Source: a virus
Lineage: Duplodnaviria; Caudoviricetes
Direction: 5' to 3' (one strand)
DNA length: 28,002 nt
Virus record (IMG/VR): IMGVR_UViG_3300043372_000062
Span: 1-28,002 of that record
The notes under the pieces: generated by a model
Told to the model about the DNA's origin: nothing
Databases searched by the model: none
The model's input: the letters and a program-made list of their open reading frames with translations, nothing else
Position numbers and translations under genes: made by a program
Shown here: one piece after another, positions 16,992-25,292 of the stretch
Layout of the letters: each line of letters opens with the position of its first letter
Position numbering within the stretch: the stretch's first letter is position 1

Positions 16992-17042
16992 TATAAATAA
17001 ATTAAATAAATGATTTTTTTTTAAAATATTTTTTTCTACAAT

Positions 17043-17074
17043 AAAAAAATCACACTAAATTAATAGTGTGATTT
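17043..17074 (-). terminator. Intrinsic terminator ending the early region / sRNA
   Basis: Perfect 11-bp stem AAATCACACTA / TAGTGTGATTT, 6-nt loop, ending in T7. Confidence 0.8.
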
Positions 17075-17108
17075 CCCAAAATTAAAACAATCTATGAAAA
17101 AAAATTAC
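17043..17108 (-). ncRNA. Candidate ~65-nt small RNA
   Basis: TATATTTG box at 17120-17113, then TTTTTTTTCATAGATTGTTTTAATTTT, then the terminator. Confidence 0.5.
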
Positions 17109-17112
17109 CTTA

Positions 17113-17120
17113 CAAATATA
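17113..17120 (-). promoter_or_regulatory. -7 promoter box TATATTTG
   Basis: + strand caaatata; a TTTG lies 22 nt upstream (17146-17143), slightly longer than usual spacing. Confidence 0.55.
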
Positions 17121-17133
17121 TTTAAAAATCTAA

Positions 17134-17307
17134 TTACTCTCTCAAAATTGATAAAATCTTTTTTATAAGATTAGAATTTTCTTTTGTAAGCAAATCAATT
17201 TTTAAATTGTACTGTGATAAAAAGTTTCTTTGTTGCAAGAATAAAATAAATATTACGAATCCAAGTATTAAATTTAAAACAACAGAAACTATAATTATAA
17301 AAATCAT
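17134..17307 (-). CDS. Small membrane protein, 57 aa (not in ORF track)
   Basis: Manual translation MIFIIIVSVVLNLILGFVIFILFLQQRNFLSQYNLKIDLLTKENSNLIKKILSILRE*; A-rich upstream region; fills the gap in the operon. Confidence 0.65.
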   Translation of the reverse strand: MIFIIIVSVVLNLILGFVIFILFLQQRNFLSQYNLKIDLLTKENSNLIKKILSILRE

Positions 17308-17321
17308 ATTAGTATTTTTTA

Positions 17322-17573
17322 TTAGTCAATGTAATCTAAAGCAGTTTGTATTTCATTTGCTTTTTGAGAAAAGTTGCAGGACTGCTCCAAACTTTCATTT
17401 TTTTTCTGTTTTAAATAATCGCTTAAACTTCTTCTAGCATTATTTAAAATCTGTACCATCTCCAATTCAGATAAATTATCATCAGAATTTACTATTGTGC
17501 CAATAAGTAACTCGGTGTTTCCAATTACTATTTCTTCTCTAGTTTTCTTTTTTAGTAAAGTAAATTTTATCAT
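17322..17573 (-). CDS. Hypothetical protein
   Basis: ATGA overlap with upstream gene, co-oriented. Confidence 0.65.
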   Translation of the reverse strand: MIKFTLLKKKTREEIVIGNTELLIGTIVNSDDNLSELEMVQILNNARRSLSDYLKQKKNESLEQSCNFSQKANEIQTALDYID

Positions 17574-17941
17574 TTTTCGTTTTCTTTTAATATTTTGACT
17601 AAAATTCCATCTAATGCTTTTGGATTTATTTCATTAGCTACAATACATTTATTTATTAAGTTTTTATCTAATAAATGATTTCTCATTACAAGCAAGTTAT
17701 TAGCTACTACAATATCATAAAAAGCTGTTGTTCCTTCTGGTGTTGCTTCAAACAAATCATTATACTTTTTGGTTTCCTTTTCTAAAATACCATAAATACT
17801 TTTTAAGTTTGATTTCAATTTTAGGTTTTTAATTTGCTTTGATGAATAATTTAAATCATCAATCAATTCAATTGCTCTTTGTAATACTACTCTTAACTCA
17901 ATCTGATTGAATCCAAGTTCTTGTTCTTTGCTTAAATTCAT
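17570..17941 (-). CDS. Hypothetical protein
   Basis: ATGA overlaps on both sides. Confidence 0.75.
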   Translation of the reverse strand: MNLSKEQELGFNQIELRVVLQRAIELIDDLNYSSKQIKNLKLKSNLKSIYGILEKETKKYNDLFEATPEGTTAFYDIVVANNLLVMRNHLLDKNLINKCIVANEINPKALDGILVKILKENEK

Positions 17942-18306
17942 AGTTCCAATTTTAAGTTAGATTTATTACTAGCGTTTTGTGCTTGTCTTTGTTTAAATTC
18001 TCTTGAAATCCATGTGCGAATTAAACAACCTTTACTTTCTGGAGTAACAGAATTTATTGCCCCTTGTCTAAAAATTAATTCTTCCTTTGCTAAATTACTA
18101 AATACAGATCCAAAAATATTTACCTGTTGTGGTAACTGGTGTTTCTCCAAATATGCTTTTTTAAAATCATTTGCAGAAAACACTTTGAATTGTAATTTTA
18201 CCCATTCTACTGCAAAATTAAAACATTCATTATAATCATGCTTATTAGCCATGCGAACTCTATGTAGAGCTTCGTCTTTTGTTTCTTGGTAGTTTTCCAT
18301 AATCAA
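17938..18306 (-). CDS. Hypothetical protein, possible winged-helix DNA-binding fold
   Basis: FSANDF...P...N.FGSVF..LAK..LI...G....W.S pattern; translationally coupled. Confidence 0.6.
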   Translation of the reverse strand: MIMENYQETKDEALHRVRMANKHDYNECFNFAVEWVKLQFKVFSANDFKKAYLEKHQLPQQVNIFGSVFSNLAKEELIFRQGAINSVTPESKGCLIRTWISREFKQRQAQNASNKSNLKLEL

Positions 18307-18671
18307 GTTTTTAAATATTCAAATCCAACTAACTTGTAATCTCTTTCAAGAATCTTAATAACATTCTTAAAGTTTAATGCAGAAATGTATAAACAGTTTC
18401 TTTTGATTATAACATTACCTTTTGTTTTAAATGTTGGTCTGCCTAATAATAATTTGTCTTTTTGCTTTGTAGCTTCTTCAAAAGAAATTTCTTTTTTTAA
18501 ATTTTCATATTTAGCTTTACAAATTGTTTTTGATTCTCTACAACACTCAAATAAAGTGTGGTTTTTTTGTGGTAACATTTTACCTTCCAAAACAGTTGTT
18601 TCTTTTATTTCAGCTTGTTTTACAATCTCAATCTTATCTTCTGATACCTTTTCTAATTCTTGTTTTCTCAT
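18303..18671 (-). CDS. Hypothetical protein
   Basis: Coupled ORF in operon; no family recognised. Confidence 0.7.
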   Translation of the reverse strand: MRKQELEKVSEDKIEIVKQAEIKETTVLEGKMLPQKNHTLFECCRESKTICKAKYENLKKEISFEEATKQKDKLLLGRPTFKTKGNVIIKRNCLYISALNFKNVIKILERDYKLVGFEYLKT

Positions 18672-18673
18672 GT

Positions 18674-19414
18674 TTATTGATTTAAATATTTAATACCATC
18701 AGTTACTTTCTTTGTAAGCAAAACCATATCCTTAACTGGAACTTCAAATCTGAATTTAACCATACTTGGAAAATCTGAATGTTTTGGAATAAATGGTAAA
18801 TCGTACAAATCTTTTTCATACAGAAATCTATACTTCCAGGCATCATCTTTTAAATGCTTTTCAATGTAGTCCGTATTCTCTACCATATCTCGCATTTCAA
18901 GTAGGTTTTGTTCCGTAGGCATAAATGCAATAGCTTCTCCAATATTAACGCCATGAATGATGCAATTAGAAACTATTTGCCAATACTCCGAAGCATATTC
19001 CTTTTTAAAAACTTCTACATTTTGTTGTAACAAAACTTTTACATAGTCAAAATGATTTGACATTTGATAACACTTTAATTCAGAAATTCCAATCTTTACT
19101 CCATTATTTAAAATATTGAAATCTTGTGATCCACTCCATTGAATGTGTTTTGGATGTATTGTTGTTTTGTCAATTACTAATTCATATTCATTTCCTAACT
19201 GCCAATGAACATAAGTTTCCCAAGCCTTACCCCAAATCATATCCTGTTTGTAAATTGGTAAATCTAAACCTCTACCAAATTCAAGTTCTTTTTTCTTATT
19301 GTTAAGATAGGTTATTGCTCCTGCTCCAAATCCCATTTCTTGCCTTCCCTCAACCAACAGTAAACTAACTTTACTGCTGGTTATTCTTGCTACTCTATTT
19401 GCACTATTGTTCAT
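18674..19414 (-). CDS. YqaJ / lambda-exonuclease family protein
   Basis: RITSS, M.WG..WE, SGSQD, ELKC, YWQ motifs of the PD-(D/E)xK exonuclease; adjacent to annealase. Confidence 0.85.
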   Translation of the reverse strand: MNNSANRVARITSSKVSLLLVEGRQEMGFGAGAITYLNNKKKELEFGRGLDLPIYKQDMIWGKAWETYVHWQLGNEYELVIDKTTIHPKHIQWSGSQDFNILNNGVKIGISELKCYQMSNHFDYVKVLLQQNVEVFKKEYASEYWQIVSNCIIHGVNIGEAIAFMPTEQNLLEMRDMVENTDYIEKHLKDDAWKYRFLYEKDLYDLPFIPKHSDFPSMVKFRFEVPVKDMVLLTKKVTDGIKYLNQ

Positions 19415-20138
19415 TCTTTAGTTTGTTAAGTTGGTAAATTACTTTGTCGTAGTTTTTAATATCCTTTTCTTTAATTACTTTTTCAATAAAATCTAAATCA
19501 GATTCTTTTGTAATTAATGATTTCTTTTCTTCAAACAATTCAATAATCTTTTCTTGCTTTGAAACATCTTCATAGTCCGTATCAATAGTTGTAAAAACAT
19601 CTTTTACTTCTTCTACTGACTGCATTCCATTTAATATATCTGGAGCATATAATCTACCAAAAAAACTTGCTGCACGATATTGAAACATTAATTCAGGCAT
19701 TGTTTTCCATTTTGAACCTGGTTTAGATAACCAACCTTCTGACTTGACCATTAACCAAGTTACTAATGTTCCTGTAATTCTGTTACCTTCAAAATCATCA
19801 GTATATGCTCTACAACCATAATCATCAGATTTTGAATCTGCACCTATAAATTCAAATCTTAATGGTTTAAATCTACCACATGAATTTAAAGCAGCTATTA
19901 TAAACGAACTTCTCCAACTTGGCTTTCCTTGAATAATATCAAGGTTTTGCATAACCATAAATGGACTTACTCCTATTCGTGTTGCCATCTCTAAAGCAAT
20001 CATTGTATTTGGAATATTACCTTTGTATGCTTGTGGAACTAAATCTGAACTGCACAATCCTTTTGCAATTCTTTGACCATCTTCAAATGATGCTATCGTG
20101 CTAAATATTGAAGCATCTGCTTTTACTATGTTTGACAT
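19404..20138 (-). CDS. RecT/Red-beta-like single-strand annealing protein
   Basis: S.LVP.AY.G......A.E.A.R.G..P..VMQN...I.GKP...W..MP..M..YRA..FF.R..APD.L.G....EE; paired with exonuclease. Confidence 0.85.
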   Translation of the reverse strand: MSNIVKADASIFSTIASFEDGQRIAKGLCSSDLVPQAYKGNIPNTMIALEMATRIGVSPFMVMQNLDIIQGKPSWRSSFIIAALNSCGRFKPLRFEFIGADSKSDDYGCRAYTDDFEGNRITGTLVTWLMVKSEGWLSKPGSKWKTMPELMFQYRAASFFGRLYAPDILNGMQSVEEVKDVFTTIDTDYEDVSKQEKIIELFEEKKSLITKESDLDFIEKVIKEKDIKNYDKVIYQLNKLKNEQ

Positions 20139-20144
20139 TTTTTT

Positions 20145-20348
20145 TTAATTTAAGTTATTATTACGTTTTTCTAATTTTTGTTCAATCCACTCTCGCATCT
20201 CAATCTTTTCTTCTTCTGTTAATCCTTCTGTATCTGTTTCTTTTGGATATTCAATTTTAAAAAGAAATGGATATGCTAACAAAATACAAATTAAAGCTCC
20301 AACACCAAGTCCTATAAAAAAATCTAGTATATTCATATTACAAATCAT
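20145..20348 (-). CDS. Small single-TM protein
   Basis: Hydrophobic N-terminal helix, charged C-terminus. Confidence 0.65.
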   Translation of the reverse strand: MICNMNILDFFIGLGVGALICILLAYPFLFKIEYPKETDTEGLTEEEKIEMREWIEQKLEKRNNNLN

Positions 20349-21612
20349 TTAGTTGAATTAATAAAACAGATTTAAAATGTTTGATTTGAAAATTTAGTTC
20401 CCCAATGAATTGTTTTATTTCATCGTTTTTTGTTTCTAAATTTATATCAGAAAAATAAACCTCTAAACTTTCTGCAATTACTTTCTTATCATTAGCTAAT
20501 CGTTTTACTCTAGCAGCATTTTCTTTCTTTAAACGAATAGCATCTTTTTTAGATAATTCCAAATCAATTGCTTTTTGCTTTTCAGCTTTTTCTTTAAGCA
20601 ATAATTCAAGTTCTTGTGCTTCTTTTAATTGTTGTTTAACAATTTCTATATGCTCTTTCGCTTCTTTAATTTGATTTTTTGCATTTAATAATATAGATTC
20701 AAATTCAGTTATTGAAGCATTAAATACTAATTGTTCATTTATATTTTCTATATCATAAATAACAAAACTAAAACCATTATGCGGAGTAAGCACAACCCCA
20801 ATTTCATCAAGTCTATTTTTACGAATTTCAAACTGTTCGCCTTTTTGTTGCATCTCTTTAAATTCTCTTTCTCTTTGTTCTGCATCCAATCTGTCTTGAA
20901 GTTCTTTTGATTTACGTTCAATCTCTAAATTTATTTCTTTTAAACGCTCATTTTCCAAACGCTGTTGCTCTTTTTCTTGAACCTCGCTACATTTGTTATC
21001 CCAATAACTTTGAACTCTAATTCGTGCTTGTTCAAACATTATTTCATACTCCTCGTAATCAAATTCATCATTGACAAAACCATCTAACATTGTCTTATGT
21101 AATTCTACATTTCCAATGTTAGTTTCTTGAATGATTTTATAAGAATCAGATTCAAAATCAGAAATCTTTTTTTCAATGGTTTCAATACGATTTTGTTCTG
21201 CAACTCTTTCAGCTTCCTTTTCAATTTCCTTACGCTTTTCCTCAAACTTAATTAAAGCATCAACTGAATCTTCCAAACTAACATTTAAGTCTATTAATTC
21301 CTTTAAATTAGCCTTGTCTTTTTTCTTGTAACTCTCAAATACACTTACGTTATTTTTTTCTATTTTCTGAATTAAATAACGAGGTTCTCGAAGCTCTGCA
21401 CGAATTGAAACCAACTCTTTTAATTCACTCGCATCAAAGTTTTTGTTTTCTGATAATTCAGAAACTCTAATTGAATGCTTTAAATTTAAAGCTACTAAAT
21501 TTTTCTTTGCCATATCAAAATCTGACAACAACATCAAACTCTTATCCGATGCACCCATAAATTCCTTTATTGAAACTTCTTTAGTTCCAAATACCTCTAA
21601 TTGCTTTTCCAT
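20338..21612 (-). CDS. Long coiled-coil protein (DUF1351-like context, upstream of recombinase)
   Basis: 424 aa E/K-rich heptad pattern; family guess is weak. Confidence 0.6.
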   Translation of the reverse strand: MEKQLEVFGTKEVSIKEFMGASDKSLMLLSDFDMAKKNLVALNLKHSIRVSELSENKNFDASELKELVSIRAELREPRYLIQKIEKNNVSVFESYKKKDKANLKELIDLNVSLEDSVDALIKFEEKRKEIEKEAERVAEQNRIETIEKKISDFESDSYKIIQETNIGNVELHKTMLDGFVNDEFDYEEYEIMFEQARIRVQSYWDNKCSEVQEKEQQRLENERLKEINLEIERKSKELQDRLDAEQREREFKEMQQKGEQFEIRKNRLDEIGVVLTPHNGFSFVIYDIENINEQLVFNASITEFESILLNAKNQIKEAKEHIEIVKQQLKEAQELELLLKEKAEKQKAIDLELSKKDAIRLKKENAARVKRLANDKKVIAESLEVYFSDINLETKNDEIKQFIGELNFQIKHFKSVLLIQLNDL

Positions 21613-21615
21613 TTG

Positions 21616-21870
21616 TTATTTTGTTCTCCAACTTGTTACGTTACTAATACAAAGATTTGAACCTACTTGTGCATTAATCCAATCTCCAGGTGTTAAGATA
21701 AATTTCTTTTCTTTTCCACTACATTGATTACGAATTACAACAGAATAATCCTGTACGTTATCACTAATGATTAATCCGCAATTACAATCTTTTGGTGCTG
21801 TTACTACATCTTCTGGCTTTGAACATGATGCTAATAAAACTACCGATAACATAAATACTACTTTTTTCAT
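21616..21870 (-). CDS. Small Cys-rich lipoprotein
   Basis: MKK + hydrophobic core + LASC lipobox (Cys16); four further Cys. Confidence 0.8.
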   Translation of the reverse strand: MKKVVFMLSVVLLASCSKPEDVVTAPKDCNCGLIISDNVQDYSVVIRNQCSGKEKKFILTPGDWINAQVGSNLCISNVTSWRTK

Positions 21871-21904
21871 TTTAAATTGATTTTAATTATTAATTGTTTT
21901 TTGT

Positions 21905-22234
21905 TTAATACGTTTTTTCTAAATTGCTTAATGGTTTATCGTAATCAGGTTCTTTAGGATTTGTTTTAAAATCTTCTCTAGGAACAATCTCTTTTACTTT
22001 TGGAAATCCATCTAATCCTGGAAAATTTAATCTCTCAAAATTTGTTGGACTTTGTTGCAATCCTATTGACTTTTCTTCTACTCTAAAAATCCTGCTATAA
22101 ACTCGAACCAAATACTTTACTTTCTCAACAGCTTCTGCTATGCTTTGTGCTTCAATTTCTATCTCCCTATCCACACATTCATCATTTCTTTCAGCATAAT
22201 AAGAAACAATGTAAGTTCTACTAATCATGCTCAA
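21905..22234 (-). CDS. Hypothetical protein
   Basis: Co-oriented ORF overlapping HTH gene; EIEA.SI.EA..K motif seen in small phage proteins. Confidence 0.65.
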   Translation of the reverse strand: MSMISRTYIVSYYAERNDECVDREIEIEAQSIAEAVEKVKYLVRVYSRIFRVEEKSIGLQQSPTNFERLNFPGLDGFPKVKEIVPREDFKTNPKEPDYDKPLSNLEKTY

Positions 22235-22529
22235 TTACTTCTTTTACAACATCAAAAAAATCTAAATTGTAGTCCTTTAAAAAGTTGTAAAGCAATCCTA
22301 CAACAGCAGGTGCTTGTTTACCCATTTTTGTAATTGACATACGATTAAATCCGTTTTGTTCTGCCAATGCACTTAATGTTAGTTTCACACCTTTCTCTTG
22401 CTCTAATTTAATTAGAATTGTTTTAAAGTCTAATAGAACTTTTTTCTTCTCACAAATTTCTGATTTTGTGTTCACTACTTTTTTTGGTAGTTTTTTCATA
22501 GGTCGCAAAACCTCTTTTTCTTCACTCAT
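22221..22529 (-). CDS. HTH transcriptional regulator (Cro/XRE-like)
   Basis: LTLSALAEQNGFNRMSITKM helix-turn-helix; first gene after a consensus promoter. Confidence 0.7.
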   Translation of the reverse strand: MSEEKEVLRPMKKLPKKVVNTKSEICEKKKVLLDFKTILIKLEQEKGVKLTLSALAEQNGFNRMSITKMGKQAPAVVGLLYNFLKDYNLDFFDVVKEVIEHD

Positions 22530-22556
22530 AATATTATCATTTGATTATTAATTCTG

Positions 22557-22586
22557 CAAATATATACTTTTATATTTCATTAGCAA
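22557..22586 (-). promoter_or_regulatory. Full Flavobacterium-type promoter TTG-N19-TATATTTG
   Basis: TTG at 22586-22584, 19-nt spacer, TATATTTG at 22564-22557. Confidence 0.8.
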
Positions 22587-22618
22587 GTTTTTTTAATATT
22601 ATTATAAATAAAAACATT

Positions 22619-23143
22619 TTATAATTGTCTTGATACATATTTTATATACTCTAAATGTTTATTTTTTGTGTCTAATAAAACTCCATCTAATGAAAAGTAC
22701 ATAAAAGTGTTTTTATCATATTTTAAAAACCTATGAAGTTTTGCATGAAAAGAAGGTGTTAGCTCAATAATATCTTTAGCATATATCTTTTGATAACTCC
22801 AATGATGTAAATGATTTCCTTTTATAAAAGGTTTTAATCTACTACACTTAATATAAGCATTATATTTTTCAGGATAATTAATTCTATATTTTTGCATATC
22901 TCTTTTTTTTATTTCTGGAGATTTTTTATGCTTTTCTAAATAGTTTAATCTATGGTATTTATCTCTATGCCTAATTTTTTCATTTTGTATCCAATCTTTA
23001 TCCTTTCCTAATTCTTTTTGCCTTAAATTAGAATCTTTTTTAGTACAAACCTTGCATTTATTTAAATGACCATCAGCCATTTGTTTATGCACATAAAAAT
23101 CACTTAATGGTTTTTCTAAACCACATTTAAAACATTTTTTCAT
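22619..23143 (-). CDS. Free-standing HNH endonuclease with N-terminal Zn finger
   Basis: KKCFKC..EKPL.DFY.....DG..NKCKVC; C-terminal HLHHWSY......I.L....H.KLH. Confidence 0.8.
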   Translation of the reverse strand: MKKCFKCGLEKPLSDFYVHKQMADGHLNKCKVCTKKDSNLRQKELGKDKDWIQNEKIRHRDKYHRLNYLEKHKKSPEIKKRDMQKYRINYPEKYNAYIKCSRLKPFIKGNHLHHWSYQKIYAKDIIELTPSFHAKLHRFLKYDKNTFMYFSLDGVLLDTKNKHLEYIKYVSRQL

Positions 23144-23153
23144 AATAAAACAA

Positions 23154-23236
23154 GAATCCTCTAGTGAGTACCGCCAAGTAAACTCAAAAGAGGATCTTAA
23201 TTAAACTTTAATCTTGGCGGATTTGCCACAAAGATA
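23154..23236 (-). promoter_or_regulatory. Promoter (TATCTTTG) plus structured 5' leader of HNH gene
   Basis: -7 box 23236-23229; CCGCCAAG (23220-23213) complementary to CTTGGCGG (23178-23171) in the loop of hairpin 23195-23156. Confidence 0.7.
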
Positions 23237-23261
23237 ATGTTTTTTTTTATTAGTTTTACTT

Positions 23262-23600
23262 TTACGGGATAACTAAAAACCCTAAATTAAAAGGTAAATC
23301 ATCTGTTTCCTCCATCTCTTTAATTTCTTCTGGAGTTGCTTCGTGAACTTTACTTACTGCTTCCCAAATTCTACCATTTCCTAAATAAGTGCTTAAAACA
23401 GTTTCTCCTGCTTTCTTTGCTTCTACTTGTTCCTTTGATAAACAAACTCTAACTGAAAAGTCATTTCCGTATTTATCTTCTTGATCATTATCCCAAGTTT
23501 CTAACATTAAATACTTTTTTCCGTTCTCATGGATTAAGATTCTTTCCTTTGGAATATCTGTTAAGCAAATACTCATTGTTCTCCTTTTACCTGTTTTCAT
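23262..23600 (-). CDS. Single-stranded DNA-binding protein-like
   Basis: SI.LT.IPK..I....NGKKYL......D.YGN...YLGNG core and acidic DDLPF tip, here extended by 8 aa. Confidence 0.7.
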   Translation of the reverse strand: MKTGKRRTMSICLTDIPKERILIHENGKKYLMLETWDNDQEDKYGNDFSVRVCLSKEQVEAKKAGETVLSTYLGNGRIWEAVSKVHEATPEEIKEMEETDDLPFNLGFLVIP

Positions 23601-23691
23601 TTTCTTGTTTTTTAAATTCTGTTAGTAATACTCTCTTTGGATTTTTTTCAGAAGCTAACCATTGCTTCAAACAGTCTTGTGAATGTTTCAT
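23587..23691 (-). CDS. Possible 34-aa protein (not in ORF track)
   Basis: MKHSQDCLKQWLASEKNPKRVLLTEFKKQENENR*; A-rich leader, fills the gap and overlaps the SSB start. Confidence 0.45.
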   Translation of the reverse strand: MKHSQDCLKQWLASEKNPKRVLLTEFKKQENENR

Positions 23692-23725
23692 TTTTAATTG
23701 TTTTAAGTTAATTTTAATTTATTTA

Positions 23726-24859
23726 TTATTTCATAAATGAAAATATATGTTCTATTATTGGCAAAGTCCAACCATCACCGAGTAATGATCCTGCCTTTGC
23801 TTTTGTAAGTATTGAAGTGTAACCATCGGGGAATCCTTGCAAACGTTCCATTTCAATTTGGTTAACTGTTCTAACAATTCCATCTTTATATGAATAAAGA
23901 TTATTATTGCTTTCCATCAAACAAGGGCTTTTACCTTTTGTTACTCTACCTCTGCGAGTTGTTGAAGTTGGAAAAGCTAAATCTAAACAATCATTTTCTG
24001 TAATTACATCATAACCTTTTAAAGTATTTGTTTTGCAACGAAATTCGTTGTTTTCTTCATAGATTAAAGTTAACATTCCTGTTGTTTCGTTTCTGTGTTT
24101 TAAATATTGTTGACTTCCATCTCTACCACTACCAGTGTTTAAACAAGTATGTTTATCAGTATCAACATAAATCATATTAATAAAATCCTTTGACGCTCTT
24201 TTTTTTATACTATCTTGACTCTTACAAGCTCTGCTTTCACTTTCTAATAATGCCAAAGCCTTTACCCTTTCAATTGTTCCTCCAGTAATAATATCCTTAA
24301 ACATTATTCCCCTATCTTTTGGTTGAGGTATATCCGTAACAATATCAAACATCGTTTCTTTTGTTTTTATATTGCTCCAATAATATCGGTCACGAAGTTG
24401 AGCAGTTACTAAACTACTATTAATTCGTACCGGATAAACTCCCAAAGCTCTGCTCATTATTCCAACATCTAACTTTGACGCACTTCCAACATTCTCTTGT
24501 AAAAATAAAACCTTTGGATTAAGTGATTTTATATAGTCCAACATTTTGACAAATACAAAAAATAGACTTGACTTTTTACCGTTTATGCCTGCTCTTTTAC
24601 CAGCTGCGCTTAAATCTTGACAAGGAGATCCACTTAAAATCAAATCAATACTTCCCCAATCTATATCCCATTCCTTCCATTTTGTCACGTCTCCAACTTG
24701 GATAGTATCGGGGAAATGATGTTGTGTTAATTCGATTGCATAAGGTTTTATTTCGCTTGAATAGTATTTATCAACTTTTATACCTACATTCTCTAAAGCT
24801 TGTCGCCCTGTATTCATTCCATTGAATAGTGAAAGTACATTAATTTTTTTTGCCTCCAT
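23726..24859 (-). CDS. DNA (cytosine-5)-methyltransferase
   Basis: VLSLFNG (I), GSPCQ (IV), ENV (VI), Q.R.R (VIII), ERLQGFP (IX), LGDGW (X). Confidence 0.93.
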   Translation of the reverse strand: MEAKKINVLSLFNGMNTGRQALENVGIKVDKYYSSEIKPYAIELTQHHFPDTIQVGDVTKWKEWDIDWGSIDLILSGSPCQDLSAAGKRAGINGKKSSLFFVFVKMLDYIKSLNPKVLFLQENVGSASKLDVGIMSRALGVYPVRINSSLVTAQLRDRYYWSNIKTKETMFDIVTDIPQPKDRGIMFKDIITGGTIERVKALALLESESRACKSQDSIKKRASKDFINMIYVDTDKHTCLNTGSGRDGSQQYLKHRNETTGMLTLIYEENNEFRCKTNTLKGYDVITENDCLDLAFPTSTTRRGRVTKGKSPCLMESNNNLYSYKDGIVRTVNQIEMERLQGFPDGYTSILTKAKAGSLLGDGWTLPIIEHIFSFMK

Positions 24860-25292
24860 GTATTTTACTTAATTGATATTGTTTTGATAATTCTGGATTA
24901 CTTTCTAATTCTCCATTGTGAAATAAACAACAGGCTTTTAGAAATCTTTTATCTACTAATAATGAAATATTATTATCTCTCGCCCAATCATCATAAAACC
25001 CTTTTCTACCAGCAGTATGCTCTATGGTATTGGCTACATTTTTACAGCCATCAATAAAACATATAAACTTTGCTTCTGCTAAAACCTCTATTCTTACTTT
25101 TTCGTATATAGGAATTAATGCTTTTCTCTTATCCGAAACTTTAGGAATTTTGTAAAGTGATTTTAGTTTTAGATTTGGTTTTCTATTTTTATTCATACAA
25201 ACAGAACCGCAGTATTTCTGTAAGCTATTGTATTGCTTAAATTCATTACTGCAATTCTTATCTGCACAAACTTTTAGTTTAATATCAGCCAA
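24840..25292 (-). CDS. NinG/Rap-like Zn-finger HNH nuclease
   Basis: N-terminal C....C...F....SLQK.C...C as in NinG; C-terminal C....C...A.TIEH..GR...C...HN. Confidence 0.6.
   Translation of the reverse strand: MADIKLKVCADKNCSNEFKQYNSLQKYCGSVCMNKNRKPNLKLKSLYKIPKVSDKRKALIPIYEKVRIEVLAEAKFICFIDGCKNVANTIEHTAGRKGFYDDWARDNNISLLVDKRFLKACCLFHNGELESNPELSKQYQLSKIHGGKKN

Noticed and set aside
17094-17168. 24-codon + strand ORF MKKNYLTNIF... with a good-looking start context
   Set aside because: No + strand TAnnTTTG promoter seen upstream; the minus-strand promoter-terminator pair explains the sequence better as an sRNA
22619-23143. HNH gene as part of a group I intron
   Set aside because: Flanking genes (SSB, HTH) are complete and unrelated, and there is no room for an intron core
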